From: Mustelus asterias | Lineage: Eukaryota | NCBI RefSeq assembly: GCF_964213995.1 | Contig: NC_135817.1 | Coordinates: forward strand, 72,912,001 to 72,976,000 | Length of the DNA: 64,000 nt | Direction: 5' to 3' | In this document: positions 58,690 to 64,000 of the stretch, in pieces | Numbering within the stretch: position 1 is the stretch's first letter | Layout of the letters: every line of letters starts with the position of its first letter | The notes under the pieces: generated by a model | What the model saw: the letters and a program-made list of their open reading frames with translations, nothing else | The model's database searches: none | What the model was told of the DNA's origin: nothing | Program-made: the position numbers and the translations under genes

Positions 58690-58895
58690 CCAAAGATGTG
58701 CAGGTTAGGAGGACTGGCCATACTAAATTGCCCCTTAGTGTCTGAAGATGAGTAGATTAGAGGGATTAACGGGGTAAGTGCGTGGGGTTGTGGGGATGAG
58801 GTGGTTGGAAGGCCTGAGTAAGATGTTGCGTCAGTGCACACTCGATGGCCCGAATGGCCTCCTTCTGCACAGTAGGGATTCTATGATTCTATGAA
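58690..58895 (+). mobile_element. HE1-like SINE, 3' half, tail A
   Basis: CCAAAGATGTGCAGGTTAGG..GGGATTCTATGATTCTATG. Confidence 0.85.
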
Positions 58896-59574
58896 GGTAA
58901 GAACAGCCGCACATGTAGGTGACATCCTGACTATTGCCATGCAGATTCTGGATCTGTCTGGCACCTTAAATATGATGAAGGGCATCTTAGCCTTGGCTTT
59001 ATTGTGCCGTACACATCTGCATCAAGCTGTTCTCCAGCAGAGTGAGAGGTGTGTAGTTTGGTAGGTCCATGTGAGGGATGATGGTGAAGTGAGATCCGTG
59101 AATAGGGCATCATTCAAAGTGCTTTCTCTGTTCACCTATTGCCCTCTCCTCAGCCTTTGCCTCATATGTTGCCTTGTCAGTCACGTGTGCCCTGCAGTGG
59201 TGCAAATGGAACAGTCTTTGTCGGGGACCTCAGGAACTCCACAATCTACTCTGTTAAAAGCATTTCAGAGACAGAGCAGGGATATGAACAGTCTTCCCTT
59301 ACCTCTGCGGAAGCCACTGGGGTTACATCATGTTGGTGTGATAGGAAAAGGAAGATTGGAACATAATAGTGCAAAAAGATATGGACAAAAGTATTTGACA
59401 ACAATGCTTCCTTGTTTAGTAGAATCAAATGAAAATTTTTACTTTGCACTGTGTCCCGGTGTGGCCTATTCTTGGTTGTTGGGTGACAACTCGGCTGTTC
59501 AGTTATTTGTTGGTACATGGAAAGACATGGATAAACAGGGACAATGGGAGGGATGTGCAATGGATGGTTAAAGT

Positions 59575-59680
59575 TTTAAAGTTTATTTATTAGTCACAAG
59601 TAAGGCTTACATTCACACTGCAGTGAAGTTGCTGTGAAATCCCCCTAGTCGCCACAGTCCGGCGCCTGTTCGGGTCAATG
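59575..59680 (-). mobile_element. 5'-truncated HE1 tail B
   Basis: Reverse complement of tail B. Confidence 0.8.
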
Positions 59681-60544
59681 GACTGCTTTGTGTCAGTGGG
59701 ATTGGGGAGTGGGTTGGGTAGAGACTGGCTGTTGGATGCAATTGCTACAGTGGTATTGCCGAGCTGAACCATACAGCTAGGGCTGCATCAGTGACAGCCC
59801 AAGGAGGGACACAAACAGCTGCTGCTGCACTTGAGCCTCCTCCTCAGTCAATTCCCAGAAAGTGTACGCTCTTCACCTTATTCCTCCGACAGCTCCAATC
59901 CTCCCTGCTCCATCGTGCAGCAAACCGTAGTCATTCCGGAGATCCTCCGGCACGAGTGCTGAAGGATTGTAACAGGCAAGATCTGTCCCAGCACCTGAAG
60001 CACAGTTCGTGCATGCGGAACGATTGCTGGTTGTCAGATTTGTTGTTCCGCTCATGGGCTTTGGTGACGGAGCCCGTCAAAAATATCACCAGCTTCGAAT
60101 GAAGGGGAAATCCTGTGTCTCCTCCCCTCAACCTGAACTCAGAGAGCTTGGATGTCTGTGGGGTGACAACATCATGTGATCTCCTTAGGGAAGTGGCACA
60201 GATCCCTATAAACCTTCTCTTTGGTTGCCATAAGTTCAATGTTGATCTACTGGAATGCCATTTCGGAGTATTCCTCGTTGACCTGGGTATAGGTGGATTG
60301 CCACTTTTGTGCAGTTGACTCCCTATCCTTGTGGGAAGCTGGCCAGAGACAAACCTGGGCACCCACTCTGCCACCCAATCCCACAGGCAAAGCAGACATA
60401 ATTGCTGGCTATATACATACGAGAAACAACCCATTAGTAACCTGCCGAATGCATTTAAGAACAGCCAACTGAGAAATCCTGAATATGTCTCTGGCAGCAT
60501 TCTGGAAGGATGCAGAGATGAAAAGGTTGAGGACAGTGGTGTCT

Positions 60545-61520
60545 TGATTTGATTTGATTTCATAGAAATCATAGAAACCCTACAGTGCAGAAGGAGGCCA
60601 TTCGGCCCATCGAGTCTGCACCGACCACAATCCCACCCAGGCCCTACCTCCACATATTTTACCCGCTAATCCCTCTAACCTACACATCCCAGGACTCTAA
60701 GGGGCAATTTTTTAACCTGGCCAATCAACCTAACCCGCACATCTTTGGACTGTGGGTGGAAACCGGAGCACCCGGAGGAAGCCCACGCAGACACGAGGAG
60801 AATGTGCAAACTCCACACAGACAGTGACCCGAGCCGGGAATCGAACCCGGGACCCTGGAGCTGTGAAGCAGCAGTGCTAACCACTGTGCTACCGTGCCGC
60901 TACTGTATACAGTGAAAAGTATTGTTTCTTGCGCGCTATGCAGACAAAGTATTCTGTTCATACAGAAGGAAAGGCGAGGGTGCGGAATATAGTCTTACAG
61001 TCATGGCTAAAGTGTAGAGAAAGATCAATTTAATGCGGGATAGGTCCATTCAAAAGTCTAATGGCAGCAGAGAAGAAGCTGTTCTTGACTCGGTTCGTAC
61101 GTGATCTCAGACTTTTGTATCTTTTTCCCGACGGAAGAAGGTGAAAGAGAGAATGTCCGGGGTGTGTGGGGTCTTTTATTGTGTTGGCTGCTTTTCCAAG
61201 GCAGCGGGAAGTGAAGAGAGAGTCAATGGATGGGAGGCTGGTTTGCGTGATGGATTGGGCTACATTTACAACATTTTATAGTTTCTTGCGGTTTTGGGCA
61301 GAGCGGGAGCCATACCAAGCTGTGATACAACCAGAAAGAATGCTTTCTATGGTGCACCTGTAAAAATTGGCGAGAGTCGTAGCTGACATGCCAAATTTCC
61401 TTAGTCTCTTGAGAAAGTAGAGGCATTGGTGGGCTTTCTTAACTATAGCGTTGGTGTGGAGGGAGCAGGACAGGTTGTTGGTGATCTGGACACCTAAAAA
61501 CTTGGAGCTCTCGACCCAAA
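60545..61520 (-). mobile_element. Rex1/Babar LINE 3' fragment interrupted by HE1
   Basis: VESSKFLGVQITNNLS..KKAHQCLYFLKRLRKF (61276-61548); (TCAAA)n tail at 60545-60560. Confidence 0.85.
60561..60900 (-). mobile_element. HE1-like SINE, tail A
   Basis: Full length, low divergence. Confidence 0.92.
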
Positions 61521-62531
61521 GCTCTTTCTCATCCACTTGATAATGCACCAGGTCCAGCAGGAAGTGGGTCTTCCTTCTGGAGGTTGCTGATGTCTGCCAC
61601 CACCTGGCACAACTACCTCAGTCTCTGCAGGTACTGCTCTTCAGAGAGACCAAAGAAGCTGACCTTCTGTTTCTACACACAGTTACACAGGATGTGCCTC
61701 TTTTGAATCTGATTCCTCTGGTATTCCCCTCTCTACTGATCACTCGCAGCTCACCCTACCATAGGCTGCTACTGCCGATCATCACCTTGCTTCTTGTCCA
61801 ATCCAGGGCAGCTTTGTGCCACCCATTGCAAACACCCCAATACCTTCAAAGGGAATAAATTAACCCCTCAGCACAACTGGCCTCACAACTCACCCTTTCA
61901 CAGTGGGAAGCGAGAAAGCAGCTGTGAGCACTGAGTATTTATTGATGTCCATTTGTCAGACTTTGATGAGGTTGCTGCATTCCATCTGACCGCCTTTGTT
62001 CCAATAGAAACTTTCAGAGAATCTGTACATACCCATGTACATCCTGGTGAAAATCTTGCTCAAGTTGCAATAACCTGGACAGGGTTAAGCACATGCTCAC
62101 TTTGGCATGAGGCGTGAGCAAGACTTTTTGAACTCACCTTTTAAGAGGTCCCCTCATGCAGACAATCCTTCATGACTCCTTTAAGGGACCTTGAACAACT
62201 CCTTGAAAACCTGAATCAACTCATTGAAAATTGTAGGACGTGCCCAATGGAAGCAGCCCACACCCTAACGGCACTCCTGAACATCAGACAGCCTGGCCAT
62301 GGGGTTGGAAATCCCAGAATCAAGACCCACCCACCATTTTGAATCTCTTGGACTTGTTGAAAATTCACCCCATATGCTGATTCTATTAAAACTCCCCCCA
62401 TTTATGCGGTAGTGCAGAGTGCCCAATATTCTGTTTCAGCTCATTTGAATAACTATTCATCAGGGCTATTGGTTTAGTGCCCCTGACCAGGGAGCAGACC
62501 CAAGACCTGATGTGGAAACTCTAGTCATAAA

Positions 62532-62725
62532 TCATAGAATCCCTACAGTGCAGAAGGAGGCCATTCAGCCCATCGCCTGTACTGACAACAATCCCACCCA
62601 GGCCCTATCCCCATAACCCTACCTATTTATCTTGCTAACCACCCCCCCCCCCCCCCCCCCCCCCCCCCCGACACTAAGGGGCAATTTAGCATGGCCAATC
62701 AACCTAACCCGCACACCTTTGGATG
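62532..62725 (-). mobile_element. HE1-like SINE, 3' half, with poly-C expansion
   Basis: Tail A; C-run at 62642-62669. Confidence 0.85.
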
Positions 62726-62851
62726 TATGTACTTAAAGGTGTCTGTGTATTTGGACAAATGTACATTTTAACTTTGATCATGAGTTCCTCTGTTGTAATC
62801 ACAAGCTTTTTGTCATCGTTCACAGGCTTATATTCAAGCTCTGAATTCGTT

Positions 62852-62965
62852 GGCCGGAGTTTCAACACGGGAATCGGAGCGGATGAGGGGCGGACAATGG
62901 AAAAGTCCGTTGACCTCGGGCGGGATTTTATGGTTTCGGGATGAGCGAGACGGTAAAATCCCGCC
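62852..62965. mobile_element. Short MITE-like element
   Basis: GGCCGGAGTTT / AAAATCCCGCC termini; homolog of 45325-45436. Confidence 0.55.
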
Positions 62966-63949
62966 GATTGTTTGTCATAGTTTGTAAAAAGTTGCATTCA
63001 CCATTTCCATGATAATGGAAATCTGTGATTATGGGGACAGGTTTAACGTTAAGTGATAGTATAAAACAGAAAATCTCGGATCAGCAGGCCGACTCTCTCC
63101 CGATTTTCATCTTCATTGTCAGTATATTGTCCCAATTCAAAATTACCCTCATTGATTTTTCATATTGCCCTTATTAAGGCTAATTAGGGATGGGCAATAA
63201 ATGCTGGCCTTGACAATGGCACCAACCTCCCATGAACGAATAAAACAATACAGCCCATAAATTAATATAGCACCTGACTCAGTGCTGCTCACCCTGGCTG
63301 CGCTGTACACATTTACACTATAGCTCCATCTGTTTGAAGCTCTGCCCACAATTAGCAATTAGAGCTAATTGTAGTTTGTAAGTTGAGGCTTTTGCCTTTG
63401 CAATTCTAACATTTATAAGAATCTTTGTAAGAGTACAATAATGGAGAGGAAAGATGGTTTTCGTTTCATCAAGTGGATGAAATTCTAATTTTGATGATCC
63501 GGGAACTCACTTTGGAGCTAGCCTGTTAATAATCATGCAATGAATCCAGCATTCGAAAAGTTAATTTCCAAAGTGTTCTGTTCTACTACATTTCTCCACA
63601 CTTTCAAAAGACTTCTTATATCAACCTCTTCAACCATGTTTTGGCTCTATCCCTAACATCTAATTGTGTCTGTTTGTTTTTTTTAATAAAACCATTAATG
63701 ATTTGTCTTGCTATCTTATGCAGTGACAAATGTACAAATCGTTGTTGGTGTTGAATAGATCCCAGAGAAGAGAGAGTGTGCGCAGCTTAATAACATTCCA
63801 TCAAATTCTCATCATTTTATTTGAAAAATGTTCAAACAAGTGTTTGAACCAATTTCCAATAGCATATTCATTAAGTGTAAAGTCTATGTTAAAATTACCT
63901 CTATGTAATTGTGCTATGTACTTAGTTAAGAGTAAACTTATAAACATAT

Positions 63950-64000
63950 TAATTTTGTCTTTTAAAAAGCACTTCGACAGTTACATGGGTAAGATGGCTA
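63950..64000 (+). mobile_element. CR1 3' fragment running off the window
   Basis: AATTTTGTCTTTTAAAAAGCA..AGTTACATGGGTAAG matches 44297-44340. Confidence 0.75.

Noticed and set aside
59931-60653. 240-aa ORF on the minus strand
   Set aside because: It starts inside an HE1 SINE and crosses a Rex1 tail; the remainder has no recognisable domain.

Overview
Eukaryotic, transposon-dense sequence. The repeat set (HE1-type V-SINEs, HER1/CR1 LINEs, Deu-domain SINEs) points to a cartilaginous fish (shark); this is inferred from repeat families only. Most of the window is nested mobile DNA: about 20 CR1/HER1 fragments, about 22 HE1-like SINEs with two alternative 3' tails, a second tRNA-SINE/LINE pair, Rex1/Babar fragments, a decayed Gypsy element, two solo LTRs with 5-bp TSDs, Harbinger-like MITEs and a 26x24-bp minisatellite. 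The most notable system is a set of Penelope-like element (PLE) insertions, most of them fold-back (inverted-arm) structures with 9-13 bp TSDs. Together they carry seven complete minimal hammerhead-ribozyme motifs that covary between copies. A second palindromic family carries a hammerhead whose core has a compensatory U3-A8 pair instead of C3-G8. Host-gene signal is sparse: a probable terminal coding exon plus 3'UTR (+ strand, about 8.2-10.1 kb, unidentified) and a CpG/ETS promoter-like site at about 40.1 kb with minus-strand non-coding exons. No CRISPR, rRNA or true tRNA genes were seen. Boundaries without a stated TSD are approximate.
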